Notes: generated by a model from the sequence alone, not told the origin. Positions 47,828-58,674 are shown, counted from the stretch's first letter. The stretch is 60,066 nucleotides of DNA from an uncultured Nitrospirota bacterium (GCA_964481895.1 CAYZUL010000006.1:1-60066); one strand, 5' to 3'. Made by a program: numbers and translations.

Positions 47828-48179
47828 GCCTTTGATCTGCTGGATATTAGTTATCCTCTATGCAGCTTTAATCTTCCATCTCTCTTCAGGTCCAATTACA
47901 GTAGATGTGCCAGGAAGTGACAAACTGCACCATATGATCGAATATGGAATATTCTCACTTCTCTTGTATAACGCACTTTCTTCCTCTTTTAAAAAGGAAC
48001 GTCCCTGGAAGATAGCGCTCCTGGTTATAATATTGAGCCTACTCTACGGCGTCTCTGATGAGTTTCATCAATCATTTGTGCCTTCCAGGTCTGCTGATCC
48101 CTATGATGTTGTTGCAGACGCATCGGGTGCCTTAATCGTGCAAGGCCTGATCAGTATCAGAAAGAGGTTTTTTGCGTGA
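47820..48179 (+). CDS. VanZ-family membrane protein
   Basis: DKLHH..EY, YG.SDE.HQSFVP.R....D..AD. Confidence 0.88.
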   Translation: MLKPLICWILVILYAALIFHLSSGPITVDVPGSDKLHHMIEYGIFSLLLYNALSSSFKKERPWKIALLVIILSLLYGVSDEFHQSFVPSRSADPYDVVADASGALIVQGLISIRKRFFA

Positions 48180-49489
48180 AGATCGCCTTTGCCACTCTCG
48201 GATGCAAGGTAAACCAGTACGATACAGCAATAATGGAGGAGGAGGCCAAGAGCATTTCCTGCGAGATTGTCCCCTTTGATGAGGAGGCAGAGGTCTATGT
48301 AATAAACACCTGTACGGTTACAGGCAGGTCTGATTATCAATCAAGACAGCTTGTAAGGAGGGCATTTAATAAAAACAGGGGTTGCAAGATAGTTGTGACA
48401 GGCTGCTACGCAGAGACCGGTATTGAGGAATTGAGCCGGATGGATGGTGTGGAGGCGATCATAGGAAATGCCGGTAAAAATAACATTAAAAGATATCTTG
48501 AGGGATTAAAAGAACAAAAGGGAAAATCTATCTATGTAGGGGATAAAGGGGATAAAGAACCGATCAACCAGCCAATGATCAGAGGGTTTGATGGAAGGAC
48601 AAGGGCATTCCTTAAGGTGCAGGATGGATGCGATTCCGGATGTTCATATTGTATTATCCCTAAAGTGAGGGGAATAAGCAGGAGCCTTCCGCCGGATAAG
48701 GTTATTGAGCAGGCGAGGCTCTTCGAAAGGGCAGGTTTTAAGGAGATAGTCATTGCAGGGATACACCTCGGATCCTACGGGAAGGATCTTCTTCCCAAAA
48801 TAGACCTGTCAGATCTACTAACGCGGATAGTTGAGAAGACATCGATTCCCAGGATAAGGATAAGCTCAATCGATCCAAACGAGGTAGATGAGAGACTGTT
48901 ATCTCTGATCTTAAGCTCTGACAGGATATGCAGGCATCTTCACATACCAATTCAAAGCGGTGATGATATGACATTAAAGAGGATGAAAAGGGGCTACTCC
49001 TCCTCATACTATAGGGATCTGATCATTTGCATAAAAGAGAGGATACCTGATATCGGGATAGGGACAGACGTGATAGTAGGATTTCCGGGTGAGGATCAAG
49101 AAGCCTTTGAGAACAGTTTCAGGCTCTTAGATTCAATCCCCGTAGACTTTTTCCACGTATTCTCCTTCTCTCCCCGTGTTGGGACTGAAGCTGCATCGGC
49201 GCCTGGCAGGGTTACAAAGGTTGTAATGGAGCAGAGGAGCCTGGTAATGAGGGATCTGGGAAGGGAAAAAGGGGAACAATTTAGATCAAAGTTTGTCGGC
49301 AGGTGCCTTACCCTCCTTATCGAAGGTGAAAGGGATCAGCATTCAGGGCTTCTCAAGGGATATTCTGATAATTATCTTAAAATACTCATTGAAGGCAATG
49401 ACAATCTTAGTGGATCCCTTGTTACGGTAAAGATCGAAGGTGTAAACGGCAATAATCTCATAGGGAGGCCGACTACCCGTCTTAATTGA
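48176..49489 (+). CDS. mtaB: tRNA t6A37 methylthiotransferase
   Basis: TLGCKVNQYD, NTCTVT, TGCYA, RTRAFLKVQDGC...CSYC. Confidence 0.93.
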   Translation: MKIAFATLGCKVNQYDTAIMEEEAKSISCEIVPFDEEAEVYVINTCTVTGRSDYQSRQLVRRAFNKNRGCKIVVTGCYAETGIEELSRMDGVEAIIGNAGKNNIKRYLEGLKEQKGKSIYVGDKGDKEPINQPMIRGFDGRTRAFLKVQDGCDSGCSYCIIPKVRGISRSLPPDKVIEQARLFERAGFKEIVIAGIHLGSYGKDLLPKIDLSDLLTRIVEKTSIPRIRISSIDPNEVDERLLSLILSSDRICRHLHIPIQSGDDMTLKRMKRGYSSSYYRDLIICIKERIPDIGIGTDVIVGFPGEDQEAFENSFRLLDSIPVDFFHVFSFSPRVGTEAASAPGRVTKVVMEQRSLVMRDLGREKGEQFRSKFVGRCLTLLIEGERDQHSGLLKGYSDNYLKILIEGNDNLSGSLVTVKIEGVNGNNLIGRPTTRLN

Positions 49490-49528
49490 GCCATTCTGTA
49501 AGTGGAACCTATCGGAGTCCTGGGTAAA

Positions 49529-49557
49529 TTGACAAATACCCACCTGCTCCTTATAAT
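49529..49557 (+). promoter_or_regulatory. consensus sigma70 promoter
   Basis: TTGACA-17nt-TATAAT upstream of yicC. Confidence 0.8.
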
Positions 49558-49585
49558 AGCAAGATTAGATTTCCAGGAAGCTGAT

Positions 49586-50464
49586 ATGATCAGGAGTATG
49601 ACCGGTTATGGGAGGAGTGAGGGTATACATGAGAACCGGAACATCCTGGTAGAACTCAGGTCGGTAAATCATAGATACTGTGAAGTAAGCGTAAAGACAC
49701 CCAGGCCCCTCCTTAGGCTCGAAAGCAGGCTGAAGAAGATCGTGCAGGGCAGGTTTTCGAGGGGGAAGATTGAGCTCTATATTTCGATGAATGGGTCAGA
49801 GGGACAGGTTAGAAGGTTGACCCTTGATAAGGCCCTGGTAAAACAATATTTTCTTATCCTGGAGGACCTGAAGAGGGAGCTTCACCTGGAAGGGAAGATA
49901 GGTCTGGATATACTGACCAGCTTTAAAGATATCATTACAGTAACAGAGGTAGAAGAAGAGGCGAAAGGCATTGAAAAAGAGGTGGAGAGGCTCCTTGTGA
50001 GGGCGATGGATTCCCTTGAGTCTATGAGGATAGAGGAGGGGCAGTCCATTGCCAAAGATCTCTTAGAGAGGATCAAGAAGATATATAAGGTCATCGATAG
50101 GATTGAAAAGAAATCTCCGCTGGTGATAAAGGAATACCGGAAAAGACTCCTCGAGAGGGTATCTGAGTTTACTCAGGGGATAGAAATAGATAACAACAGG
50201 CTGCTTCAGGAGGTGGCCATCTATGCTGACAGGAGTGATATAAGCGAAGAGGTGGTGAGGCTTAAAAGCCACTTAAACCAGATGGATAAGATGATTGAAG
50301 GGGACAAGGCGGTCGGCAGGGGGCTTGATTTTCTCGTTCAGGAGATTAACAGAGAGATCAATACTATAGGTTCCAAGGCAAATGATTCTACGATCTCATT
50401 ATATGTTGTATCAGTAAAGAGCGAGATTGAAAAACTGAGGGAGCAGGTACAAAATATTGAATAG
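49586..50464 (+). CDS. yicC: YicC/YloC-family endoribonuclease
   Basis: [39 protein letters not shown]. Confidence 0.94.
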   Translation: MIRSMTGYGRSEGIHENRNILVELRSVNHRYCEVSVKTPRPLLRLESRLKKIVQGRFSRGKIELYISMNGSEGQVRRLTLDKALVKQYFLILEDLKRELHLEGKIGLDILTSFKDIITVTEVEEEAKGIEKEVERLLVRAMDSLESMRIEEGQSIAKDLLERIKKIYKVIDRIEKKSPLVIKEYRKRLLERVSEFTQGIEIDNNRLLQEVAIYADRSDISEEVVRLKSHLNQMDKMIEGDKAVGRGLDFLVQEINREINTIGSKANDSTISLYVVSVKSEIEKLREQVQNIE

Positions 50465-50484
50465 GTTTTCGATTAACTTGGGGG

Positions 50485-50772
50485 GTGATCGGGTTGTCCT
50501 TTGAATTGATAAATATCGGATTCGGCAATGTGGTTTCGGCCTCGAGGGTGGTGGCCATAGTTAGTCCTTCATCAGCGCCGAGCAGGAGATTAAAGGAAGA
50601 GGCCTCCCAGTCAAGGAAACTCATAGATGCCTCTGAAGGGAGGAGGACAAGGGCAATAATAATAACAGACAGCGGGCATGTAATCCTGTCGGCTGTCCAG
50701 GCAGAGACGTTAACCCAGAGGTTCATGCTTGATGATATAATGTCATTACCTTCGGAGAGGAAAAAGAAATAA
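50485..50772 (+). CDS. DUF370/RemA-family protein
   Basis: LINIGFGN.V...RV.AI.SP.SAP, DA..GR.TR....DS.HVILSA.Q.ET. Confidence 0.92.
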   Translation: MIGLSFELINIGFGNVVSASRVVAIVSPSSAPSRRLKEEASQSRKLIDASEGRRTRAIIITDSGHVILSAVQAETLTQRFMLDDIMSLPSERKKK

Positions 50773-51395
50773 TGGAGAAGCAGGGGATCCTTTTTGTAGT
50801 CTCTGCCCCATCCGGGACTGGCAAGACTACTTTGTGCAGAGAGTTGACAATAAAACTCCCGAATCTTACGCACTCAGTCTCATATACAACCCGCTCACCA
50901 CGCCTGGACGAGGTTGATGGAAGGGAATATTTCTTTGTTAATGAGACCAGGTTCAGGGAGATGGTTGAGAGGAATGAATTTGCGGAGTGGGCGGAGGTAC
51001 ACGGGAATCTTTATGGGACCCATAACGGGCACCTGTTGGATATCATGAATAAGGGAGCAGATATCTTGCTGGATATAGATTCGCAGGGTGCCATACAGAT
51101 GAAAAAGAGGTTCAAGGATGGTGTATTTATATATATCCTGCCTCCCTCATTCGAGGTACTAAAATCAAGGTTAACAGATAGGGGTTCCGAGTCAGCGGAG
51201 GAGATCAGGAAAAGACTAAAAAAGGCCAAGGAAGAGATCTGGAACTACAGGGAGTACTATTATATAGTAGTAAATGATGATTTCAAAAAGGCCTTAAACG
51301 ATTTAAAGTCAATCATTATTGCGGAACGGATAAAGATGAGGAGGATGAATCTGTCCTGGATAGAAGAGAATTTTATAAAGAACAAGGAGGCATAG
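50772..51395 (+). CDS. gmk: guanylate kinase
   Basis: SAPSGTGKTT, TTR.PR..E.DG..Y, ID.QGA. Confidence 0.97.
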   Translation: MEKQGILFVVSAPSGTGKTTLCRELTIKLPNLTHSVSYTTRSPRLDEVDGREYFFVNETRFREMVERNEFAEWAEVHGNLYGTHNGHLLDIMNKGADILLDIDSQGAIQMKKRFKDGVFIYILPPSFEVLKSRLTDRGSESAEEIRKRLKKAKEEIWNYREYYYIVVNDDFKKALNDLKSIIIAERIKMRRMNLSWIEENFIKNKEA

Positions 51396-51399
51396 TTAC

Positions 51400-51756
51400 A
51401 TGGATATTATTTCCCTTCCCTTTGAACTATTAAAGGATCAGAAGATCGAGAGATATAGATTGGCTATAATTGCCTCCCAGAGGGCAAGAGCGCTTGTAGA
51501 TGGTGCAAGGCCTCATATAGAGACAAAGAATATTAAACCTACCACTATTGCCCTGGAAGAGGTTCTTCAGGGAAAGGTTGAGTTTCTCACGGGCAAGGAG
51601 GCGAGGATCGCACAGAAGGAATATAAGGAGACAAGAAGGACCAGGCTCAAAGGACCCATGAGCATCGAAGATAACCAGCTGGAGATCAAAAAGGATCTGA
51701 GTATCTATCTCGACGAATCCAAGGAGAAGACAAAAGATCAGGAAGAGACTGTATAG
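51400..51756 (+). CDS. rpoZ: RNA polymerase omega subunit
   Basis: RY.L.I.A.QRAR.L, KPTTIALEE; between gmk and coaBC. Confidence 0.88.
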   Translation: MDIISLPFELLKDQKIERYRLAIIASQRARALVDGARPHIETKNIKPTTIALEEVLQGKVEFLTGKEARIAQKEYKETRRTRLKGPMSIEDNQLEIKKDLSIYLDESKEKTKDQEETV

Positions 51757-51789
51757 CCCGAAACGACATCTTATAAAGAGGTATCCTTA

Positions 51790-52998
51790 TTGATCCTTGC
51801 GGACAAAAAGATCCTCCTTGGGGTAACAGGAAGCATAGCGGCATATAAGGCTATCCTGATCTTAAGACAGCTCAAGTCAGCAGGGGCTGATGTTACAGTT
51901 ATGATGACGGCCTCGGCCAAGAAGTTTGTAACACCCCTTACCTTCAAGGTACTATCAAATAAGGAGGTCTATTCAGACCTTTTCAATCAGGAAGAGGGAC
52001 TTCCTCATCTTTTCCTTCTGGAGGGTTGCGACCTTATCTTGATTGCACCGGCTACCGCCAACTTTATCAACAAGATGGCATCAGGTATTGCCGATGATCT
52101 CCTTTCAAGCCTCCTCCTTTCTGCGAGGGTACCGATCCTTGTAGCACCTGCCATGGATAGCGATATGTGGAAAAACCCGATTGTTCAGAAGGGTATATCT
52201 ATCCTCAGAGAGACGGGCGTCAGGATTATAGAACCTGAATCAGGCCTGCTTGCCTCTGGAAAAGAGGGTGAAGGGAGGTTGGCAAGTGAGGATGGGATAT
52301 TTGAAGAGGTCTGCCGCCGGCTCAACATAAAGAGAGATCTAGCCGGCAAGGTGATAATTGTAACTGCCGGCCCTACGAGGGAGCCGGTCGATCCAGTCAG
52401 GTTTCTCTCCAACAGGTCTTCGGGAAAGATGGGATATGCTGTTGCCATTGCTGCAAGGGACCGGGGTGCGAGGGTGATACTGATAAGCGGCATAACAACG
52501 CTCCCGAAACCGGAGAAGGTTGAGTTTATAAGTGCACCAACAACCTACGAAATGAGGGAGGCCGTTTTGAGGCATCTCCCTGAGGCATCTATACTGATCA
52601 TGGCTGCGGCGGTTGCCGATTACAGGCCGAGAAAACCGAACCTAAAGAAGCTGAAGAAGTCCGGAAGTAGCTTAAGTATTGAGATGGAAGAGACAGAGGA
52701 CATACTGGAGGAGATCGGCAAGAGAAATACAAAGACAATCCTTGTAGGTTTTGCCGCAGAGACCGACGACGTTATAAATAATGCTGTTATGAAGCTTAGA
52801 AAAAAGAACCTTGACCTTATTGTTGCCAATGACATTACCCTGGAAGGAGGAGGTTTTGAATCGGACACCAACATTGCTACTATCATCGACAGGGAAGGAA
52901 GGGTCCAGGAACTCCCTCTAATGCACAAGAGGGATCTTGCGCAGATAATCCTCGAAAGGGCAATGGAGATAAAGCATAGAGATCTGGCCAATACTTGA
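51790..52998 (+). CDS. coaBC: phosphopantothenoylcysteine decarboxylase/synthetase
   Basis: GVTGSIAAYK, APATAN, TAGPTRE..DPVR..SNRSSGKMG, GFAAET. Confidence 0.97.
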   Translation: MILADKKILLGVTGSIAAYKAILILRQLKSAGADVTVMMTASAKKFVTPLTFKVLSNKEVYSDLFNQEEGLPHLFLLEGCDLILIAPATANFINKMASGIADDLLSSLLLSARVPILVAPAMDSDMWKNPIVQKGISILRETGVRIIEPESGLLASGKEGEGRLASEDGIFEEVCRRLNIKRDLAGKVIIVTAGPTREPVDPVRFLSNRSSGKMGYAVAIAARDRGARVILISGITTLPKPEKVEFISAPTTYEMREAVLRHLPEASILIMAAAVADYRPRKPNLKKLKKSGSSLSIEMEETEDILEEIGKRNTKTILVGFAAETDDVINNAVMKLRKKNLDLIVANDITLEGGGFESDTNIATIIDREGRVQELPLMHKRDLAQIILERAMEIKHRDLANT

Positions 52999-53060
52999 CT
53001 TTTGGCCGGGCTCTGTTATTATTTATTACAGTTAACGCCTAAAAAAGGATAAAAAGGTTC

Positions 53061-54479
53061 ATGAAAGACAATAAGAATGACCTCATCTCACCTGAGATAA
53101 TAAAGCTGACAGAGAAGATGACGAAGGATCCTGCGTCAAAGCTTTTCTTACCTCTTGCTGAGGAGTACCGGACGTGCGGTATGCTTGATGAGGCCATTAT
53201 CCTTCTTACCGAAGGACTGAAAAACCATCCAAATTTCTTAAGCGCAAGGGTATCCCTCGGAAAGATATATCTCCAGAAGGGGATGAATCCGGAGGCAAGG
53301 CAGGAATTTGAACAGGTAGTACAGTTTGCACCGGATAATCTCCTGGCGCAAAAGAAACTTGCAATAATCTACAGGGATGAAGGGGAGAGGGATAAGGCCC
53401 TTGATTCGTGCAGGAGGCTCCTCCTTTTAAACCCTAACGACGAGGAGATAAAGAAGATCCAGGCTGAACTTGAGGCAGAGGCTGAAAAGAAGGCCACTGC
53501 TGAATTCCACACCGAAGAGGTTCAACCAGTAATACCGCTTCCTGAGGTTGAAGAAAAAGGGGAGGAAGAAGAACCGTTCATTTTTAACCCCGAAAAAGAA
53601 AGTGCTGAGAAGACAGAGGAGAAGGAGGAAGAGGAAGAGGTCGATATCGACTCATCCCCTGTATACGAAATAAAGGACGAAGATCTCGACTTAAAAGAGA
53701 TATTTTCCGTAGAGTCTCCTGTCTGGCCCAAGGCAGAAGAAAAGGAAGAAAAAGAGGAAGAGGACTCAATTTCTGACATATTTAAGACTATTCCGGATCA
53801 GGAAGAGAAGGGCGAAGAGATACCTGTATACGAGATCACAGATACGGACGAAGAGGTTCTGTTAGAAAATATCCTTGTTGGAAGGGAGAAGGTTGAGGAG
53901 ACCCATATCCTTGAGGAAGAGATCCCTGTAAAGGAGGAGCAGATTGTCAAAGAGGCGTCTCCGGATTCAGATAAAGAAGGGCATTCCGTTGAGGAAGGGT
54001 CCTGGGTTGACCGTGAAGTAGACCAGAAAGATGAATCACTCAGCGAAGAAATAGCCTCAGAGTCGCTTGCAGAGCTCTATATAAGACAGGAACAGTTTGC
54101 AAAAGCTGCAGAGATCCTAAGCATCCTGTTAAGTAAGGACCCATCAAACGAGGCCCTAAGACAGAAGGCGGAAGATGCCGTTACTCTTAAGAACCTGATG
54201 GGCGGTGAGATGATACCTGGTGGGGATTATACCTTCAGGGAGGAGCCTGTAACGCCTGAGCCCGCAAGGTATGAGCCCGTGAGGTATGAGAATGACAAGA
54301 AAGGCAAGGATGTAACAGACGCTGAACTTGCCCGGCAGGTTACGGAAGGCCCGGATGTCCCCTGGAAGGAGATCTTGGAATCTGCTCCGCCAGAAGGTCA
54401 GGCAGAGGACACTAAGAAGGTCAAAAAGATAAAAAGATTGGAGCAGTGGCTGGAAAATATTAAAAGGAGTCATGATTAA
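53061..54479 (+). CDS. TPR protein with long acidic linker and C-terminal helical motifs
   Basis: N-terminal TPRs, about 190 aa Glu-rich low-complexity region, ASESLAELYIRQ repeat, terminal KRLEQWLENIK. Confidence 0.8.
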   Translation: MKDNKNDLISPEIIKLTEKMTKDPASKLFLPLAEEYRTCGMLDEAIILLTEGLKNHPNFLSARVSLGKIYLQKGMNPEARQEFEQVVQFAPDNLLAQKKLAIIYRDEGERDKALDSCRRLLLLNPNDEEIKKIQAELEAEAEKKATAEFHTEEVQPVIPLPEVEEKGEEEEPFIFNPEKESAEKTEEKEEEEEVDIDSSPVYEIKDEDLDLKEIFSVESPVWPKAEEKEEKEEEDSISDIFKTIPDQEEKGEEIPVYEITDTDEEVLLENILVGREKVEETHILEEEIPVKEEQIVKEASPDSDKEGHSVEEGSWVDREVDQKDESLSEEIASESLAELYIRQEQFAKAAEILSILLSKDPSNEALRQKAEDAVTLKNLMGGEMIPGGDYTFREEPVTPEPARYEPVRYENDKKGKDVTDAELARQVTEGPDVPWKEILESAPPEGQAEDTKKVKKIKRLEQWLENIKRSHD

Positions 54480-54835
54480 TGAGCTTTGAAGAGAGCCTTA
54501 GGAGGATATCAAACAATATTGAGGATTCGCTGGGAGTAGCAATGGTTGGAATGGATGGGATGGTTGTGGAGGAGCACAAGAAAGATCCTCTTTTGGATCT
54601 CCAGTCTCTTGGCGCTGAATATTGTGCCGTAATAAAAGACATTGAAAGGGTGTCCTCATCTCTAGGACTCGGGTCAGGCAGAGAGATATCTGTAATTACT
54701 GATAAGGCGATCATTATCTTAAAAAAGATAAATGAAGAATACTTCCTTTTGCTGGCGCTCGGATCAGAGGGAAATTTTGGCAAGGGCAGGTTCCTTTTGA
54801 AAAGGGAGATCGCCTTTTTAGAAAAAGAGCTGTAA
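54479..54835 (+). CDS. roadblock/LC7 domain protein (MglB/MglC-like)
   Basis: MVGMDGMVV, GNFGKGRF.L; 118 aa, coupled to the TPR gene. Confidence 0.85.
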   Translation: MSFEESLRRISNNIEDSLGVAMVGMDGMVVEEHKKDPLLDLQSLGAEYCAVIKDIERVSSSLGLGSGREISVITDKAIIILKKINEEYFLLLALGSEGNFGKGRFLLKREIAFLEKEL

Positions 54836-54855
54836 TATCATGAACTACTTGCCGG

Positions 54856-54886
54856 CTAAAAACTGCTTCCATAGGGCAGTTTTTAG
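54856..54886. terminator. perfect 11-bp inverted repeat, possible bidirectional terminator
   Basis: CTAAAAACTGC-9nt-GCAGTTTTTAG. Confidence 0.55.
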
Positions 54887-54898
54887 TATTATAGGGGT

Positions 54899-55351
54899 AT
54901 GAAAAGAAACAGAATCCTGATAATACATGGTCCCAACTTAAATCTCCTGGGGATAAGGGAGAAAGAGGTCTATGGCAGCATGTCAATTAATGAGCTAAAT
55001 AATGAGATCAGAAGATTTGCCAAGGAGGAGGGGGTGGATATTGATATCCTCCAGTCTAATCATGAAGGAGAACTTGTCGATACGATACATGGGGCGAGAG
55101 GAAAGTTTGATGCCATAGTCATAAATCCTGCTGCATATACCCATACGAGCATTGCTATTAGGGATGCTATAGCATCGGTCGGTATTCCAACTATAGAGGT
55201 GCATCTCAGCAATATCTACAGCAGGGAACCCTTCCGGCATCACTCGTACATAGCCGAAGTAGCTGTAGGCCAGGTTTCGGGTTTTGGAACTGACAGCTAC
55301 CTGCTTGGGATTAAAGGATCCCTGAACCATTTGGAAAGGCATAACAGATGA
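54899..55351 (+). CDS. aroQ: type II 3-dehydroquinate dehydratase
   Basis: [37 protein letters not shown]. Confidence 0.97.
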   Translation: MKRNRILIIHGPNLNLLGIREKEVYGSMSINELNNEIRRFAKEEGVDIDILQSNHEGELVDTIHGARGKFDAIVINPAAYTHTSIAIRDAIASVGIPTIEVHLSNIYSREPFRHHSYIAEVAVGQVSGFGTDSYLLGIKGSLNHLERHNR

Positions 55352-55434
55352 AGGTTCTTTATCTCGCACTATCAGGTCTCTATGTTCCTTATTCAATTGG
55401 CCAATAACAACTTTCTTAATGAAAAGAGGAAGAG

Positions 55435-55995
55435 TTGATATCAACAAACGAGATCAGGAACGGGGCTAAGATAGAAGTCGATGGAGAGCCATTTAGTATA
55501 GTAGAGTTTCAGCATGTAAAACCGGGCAAAGGCGGTGCATTTGTTAGGACAAAGTTGAAGAGCCTGAAGACAGGCAATGTCGTTGACAGGACATTCAGGT
55601 CAGGCGATAAGCTGGAAGAGCCTGCAATCGAAGAGATGGAGATGCAGTATCTTTACTCTTCCGAAGGTCAGTATTTCTTTATGGATACAAAAAGCTATGA
55701 ACAGGTCTTTATCCTGCAGGAGCATCTTGGTGAGAGTAAAAACTTTTTAAAAGAGAATATGGTGGCCAAGATCATCTTTTATGAGGGCAAACCACTGAGC
55801 GTTGAACTCCCGATCTTTGTGGAGTTAAAGATCGTAAAAACCGACCCCGGAATCAGGGGGGATACGGCTACCGGTGGATCAAAGGTGGCAATGGTGGAGA
55901 CCGGTGCAAATGTGAAGGTCCCGCTATACCTTGAGGAGGGCGCGGTAATCAAGGTGGACACGAGGAGCGGAGAATACGTGGAAAGGGTAAAGTAG
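55435..55995 (+). CDS. efp: elongation factor P
   Basis: HVKPGKGGAFVR, RGDT, DTR.G.Y..R; TTG start. Confidence 0.97.
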   Translation: MISTNEIRNGAKIEVDGEPFSIVEFQHVKPGKGGAFVRTKLKSLKTGNVVDRTFRSGDKLEEPAIEEMEMQYLYSSEGQYFFMDTKSYEQVFILQEHLGESKNFLKENMVAKIIFYEGKPLSVELPIFVELKIVKTDPGIRGDTATGGSKVAMVETGANVKVPLYLEEGAVIKVDTRSGEYVERVK

Positions 55996-56097
55996 ATACC
56001 CACGGGCAGAGCCTGTGGGTCAACCCAGCGAGCAAAGCGAGCGTTGAGGGGGAGGCTCCATCCGGCTTTACCGGTGGAGGGGGCGACGCAAGCCCCT
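55992..56097 (+). repeat. composite REP-like element between efp and accB
   Basis: GTAGAT-ACCCACGGGC-AGA-GCCTGTGGGT hairpin, then 56026-56097 nearly identical to modules of the waaC insertion. Confidence 0.88.
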
Positions 56098-56118
56098 ATA
56101 AATAGCAAAGGACCTGCA

Positions 56119-56586
56119 ATGAATCTAAGTGAATTAAAGGAGTTGATAAAGCTGCTTAGGGACTCGGACATAGAGGAACTTGAGCTTGAGAAGTCGGGTT
56201 TCAGGGTGAGGTTAAAGAAGAAGGAGACATATTCGTATTCTCCTGCAAAGGAGAAGGATTTCATACCGGTTTACCGTCCTCAAGAGGCAGAGGAGAGTCC
56301 GGTTGCTGCCGGTGAGGAGAAGGATGGGAAAAAACTTGTCACGATTACATCGCCCATAGTGGGCACCTTTTACAGGGCCCCCTCGCCGGATGCCAGCCCT
56401 TATGCTGAAGTGGGGGACAGTGTAAAGAAGGGCCAGATCCTCTGCGTTGTAGAAGCCATGAAGCTTATGAATGAGATAGAGTCAGATGTTGACGGAAAGA
56501 TCCAGGAAATACTTGCCGAAAATGCCCATCCTGTGGAGTATGGGGAACCGCTATTTTTAATTGAACCATTGATAGTTAATGATTGA
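56119..56586 (+). CDS. accB: acetyl-CoA carboxylase biotin carboxyl carrier protein
   Basis: SPIVGTFYRAPSP, VEAMKLMNEI biotin lysine. Confidence 0.96.
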   Translation: MNLSELKELIKLLRDSDIEELELEKSGFRVRLKKKETYSYSPAKEKDFIPVYRPQEAEESPVAAGEEKDGKKLVTITSPIVGTFYRAPSPDASPYAEVGDSVKKGQILCVVEAMKLMNEIESDVDGKIQEILAENAHPVEYGEPLFLIEPLIVND

Positions 56587-56646
56587 GGGTTAAGGAATAA
56601 TGGGAAATTATTATCCTTAATTCCATTCTTTTTTGGAGGCGGTTTA

Positions 56647-57996
56647 TTGTTTAAAAAGATCCTGATAGCGAACAGGGGCGAGATAGCCTTAAGGATAATA
56701 AGGACATGCAAGGAGCTTGGAATAAAGACAGTAGCTGTTTATTCAAGCCCCGACGAGAACTCCCTTCACGTCAGGTTTGCTGACGAACATATATGCATTG
56801 GCCCCGCAGACAGCTCTTTAAGTTACAGGAATATCCCGAATATATTAAGCGCAGCGGAGATTACCGGCGTGGAGGCGATCCATCCTGGTTATGGATTTCT
56901 TGCCGAAAATGCCCACTTTGCCGAGGTGTGCGAGTCTGTGGGTATTAAGTTTATTGGTCCTTCTCCAGAGTCGATTTCCCTCATGGGGGATAAGGCAAAG
57001 GCCAGGGATGTGATGAAAAAGAAGGGAATACCGGTAATGCCTGGGTCTGAGGGTCTTGTTACAAAGGAGGATGAGGCCCTTGAGATTGCCGGTAAGATCG
57101 GCTATCCGGTAATCATCAAGGCATCTGCCGGAGGCGGTGGAAGGGGCATGAGGGTAGTAAATAAAGCGGAGGATCTGATTTCCGCCTATAATATTGCACA
57201 GGGCGAGGCAGCAGCGGCCTTCGGGGATGGCGGGGTTTATATAGAAAAATATTTCCTTGAACCAAGGCATATCGAGGTACAGATAATGGGGGATAATAAG
57301 GGTTACATCTTATACCTTGGGGAAAGGGATTGTTCAATTCAGAGGAGGCACCAGAAATTAATCGAAGAATCACCCTCACCTGTGATCGATGAGGTATTGA
57401 GGAGGGAGATGTGCAATATGGCTGTCGAGGTGGCAAGGGAGGCAAACTATAAGAATGCCGGCACAGTAGAGTTTCTCCTTGATAAAGATCACAACTTCTA
57501 TTTTATGGAGATGAATACAAGGATCCAGGTAGAGTACCCGGTTACGGAGATGGTAACAGGCATAGATATGATCAGGGAGCAGATAAGGATTGCGGCCGGA
57601 AGGTCTTTGGAGCTTAGACAAAGGGATATTAAAATGAGGGGACACAGCATTGAGTGCAGGGTTAATGCAGAATGCCCCGAGACCTTTACGCCATGCCCTG
57701 GGACAATTACGACATACCATAGCCCCGGGGGACTTGGCGTCAGGGTAGATTCTGCGGCATACAATAATTATACCGTTCCGCCCTACTATGATTCTATGAT
57801 TGCGAAGCTGATAGTATATGGGGATAACAGGGATGAAGCCATCTCCAGGATGAAGATGGCGCTTGACGAATATATCATTGAAGGGCTCAAGACCACCATA
57901 CCGCTCTATAAGAAGATCTTTGCCGATCCAATTTTCCAGAAGGGGAAGTTTTCGACTAACTATCTGGAAAAATTTCTTGCCAATAATATCCCTTAA
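56647..57996 (+). CDS. accC: biotin carboxylase
   Basis: [38 protein letters not shown]. Confidence 0.97.
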   Translation: MFKKILIANRGEIALRIIRTCKELGIKTVAVYSSPDENSLHVRFADEHICIGPADSSLSYRNIPNILSAAEITGVEAIHPGYGFLAENAHFAEVCESVGIKFIGPSPESISLMGDKAKARDVMKKKGIPVMPGSEGLVTKEDEALEIAGKIGYPVIIKASAGGGGRGMRVVNKAEDLISAYNIAQGEAAAAFGDGGVYIEKYFLEPRHIEVQIMGDNKGYILYLGERDCSIQRRHQKLIEESPSPVIDEVLRREMCNMAVEVAREANYKNAGTVEFLLDKDHNFYFMEMNTRIQVEYPVTEMVTGIDMIREQIRIAAGRSLELRQRDIKMRGHSIECRVNAECPETFTPCPGTITTYHSPGGLGVRVDSAAYNNYTVPPYYDSMIAKLIVYGDNRDEAISRMKMALDEYIIEGLKTTIPLYKKIFADPIFQKGKFSTNYLEKFLANNIP

Positions 57997-58011
57997 TAAA
58001 ATCCAGGAAGA

Positions 58012-58674
58012 ATGAGACAGGATCAGAGACTCTATCTTATTGCAGATGGAGGTATTACAGACAGGAAAAGGTTGTTAGAAATAGTTGACGAGGCTATCTC
58101 TGCAGGAATAAAGTTGGTCCAGTACAGGGAAAAGTTACGCTCCCGCAGGGAAACATTTGAGTGCGCCGGACTACTGAGGACCCTGACCAGAGAGAGGGGG
58201 GCTGTCTTCATTATAAATGATTACCTGGATATAGCAATGGCAGTGGATGCAGACGGTCTTCATATAGGACTTGGTGACCTGCCCCTTCCCATTGCGAGGA
58301 AGATACTTGGCAGAGATAAGATAATAGGGGTATCTGCACATAACCTTCATGAAGCCAGAGAGGCAGAAAAGGGGAAGGCCGATTATATAGGGCTCGGACC
58401 CATTTTCGAGACAAAGACCAAGGAGACATTACCGCCTGCCGGGATAGAGATAATAAAAGAGGTAAAAAAGGAGATTAAAATACCGATCTTTGCCATAAGC
58501 GGTATCAACCGGACAAATCTTGATATAGTCTTGAAGGCAGGCGCATTTGGTGCCGCGATATCCTCTGCCATAATGAAGGCGGAGGATATAGGAAAAAGCG
58601 TAAAAGAGCTGCTCGATATAGTCGCCCTTTACAGCGACATACGGGAGCTATCTCCCGGATCACTTGCAACCTGA
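58012..58674 (+). CDS. thiE: thiamine phosphate synthase
   Basis: VQYREK, IIND..D.A, ADGLHIG..D, GPIF.T.TK. Confidence 0.9.
   Translation: MRQDQRLYLIADGGITDRKRLLEIVDEAISAGIKLVQYREKLRSRRETFECAGLLRTLTRERGAVFIINDYLDIAMAVDADGLHIGLGDLPLPIARKILGRDKIIGVSAHNLHEAREAEKGKADYIGLGPIFETKTKETLPPAGIEIIKEVKKEIKIPIFAISGINRTNLDIVLKAGAFGAAISSAIMKAEDIGKSVKELLDIVALYSDIRELSPGSLAT

Noticed and set aside
47820-48179. Glycopeptide resistance from VanZ
   Set aside because: VanZ-like proteins are widespread and no van cluster is present.
56044-56118. N-terminal extension of AccB (MRGRLHPALPVEG...)
   Set aside because: It is repeat-element sequence that happens to be in frame; ATG 56119 with an AAGGA RBS gives a normal AccB.
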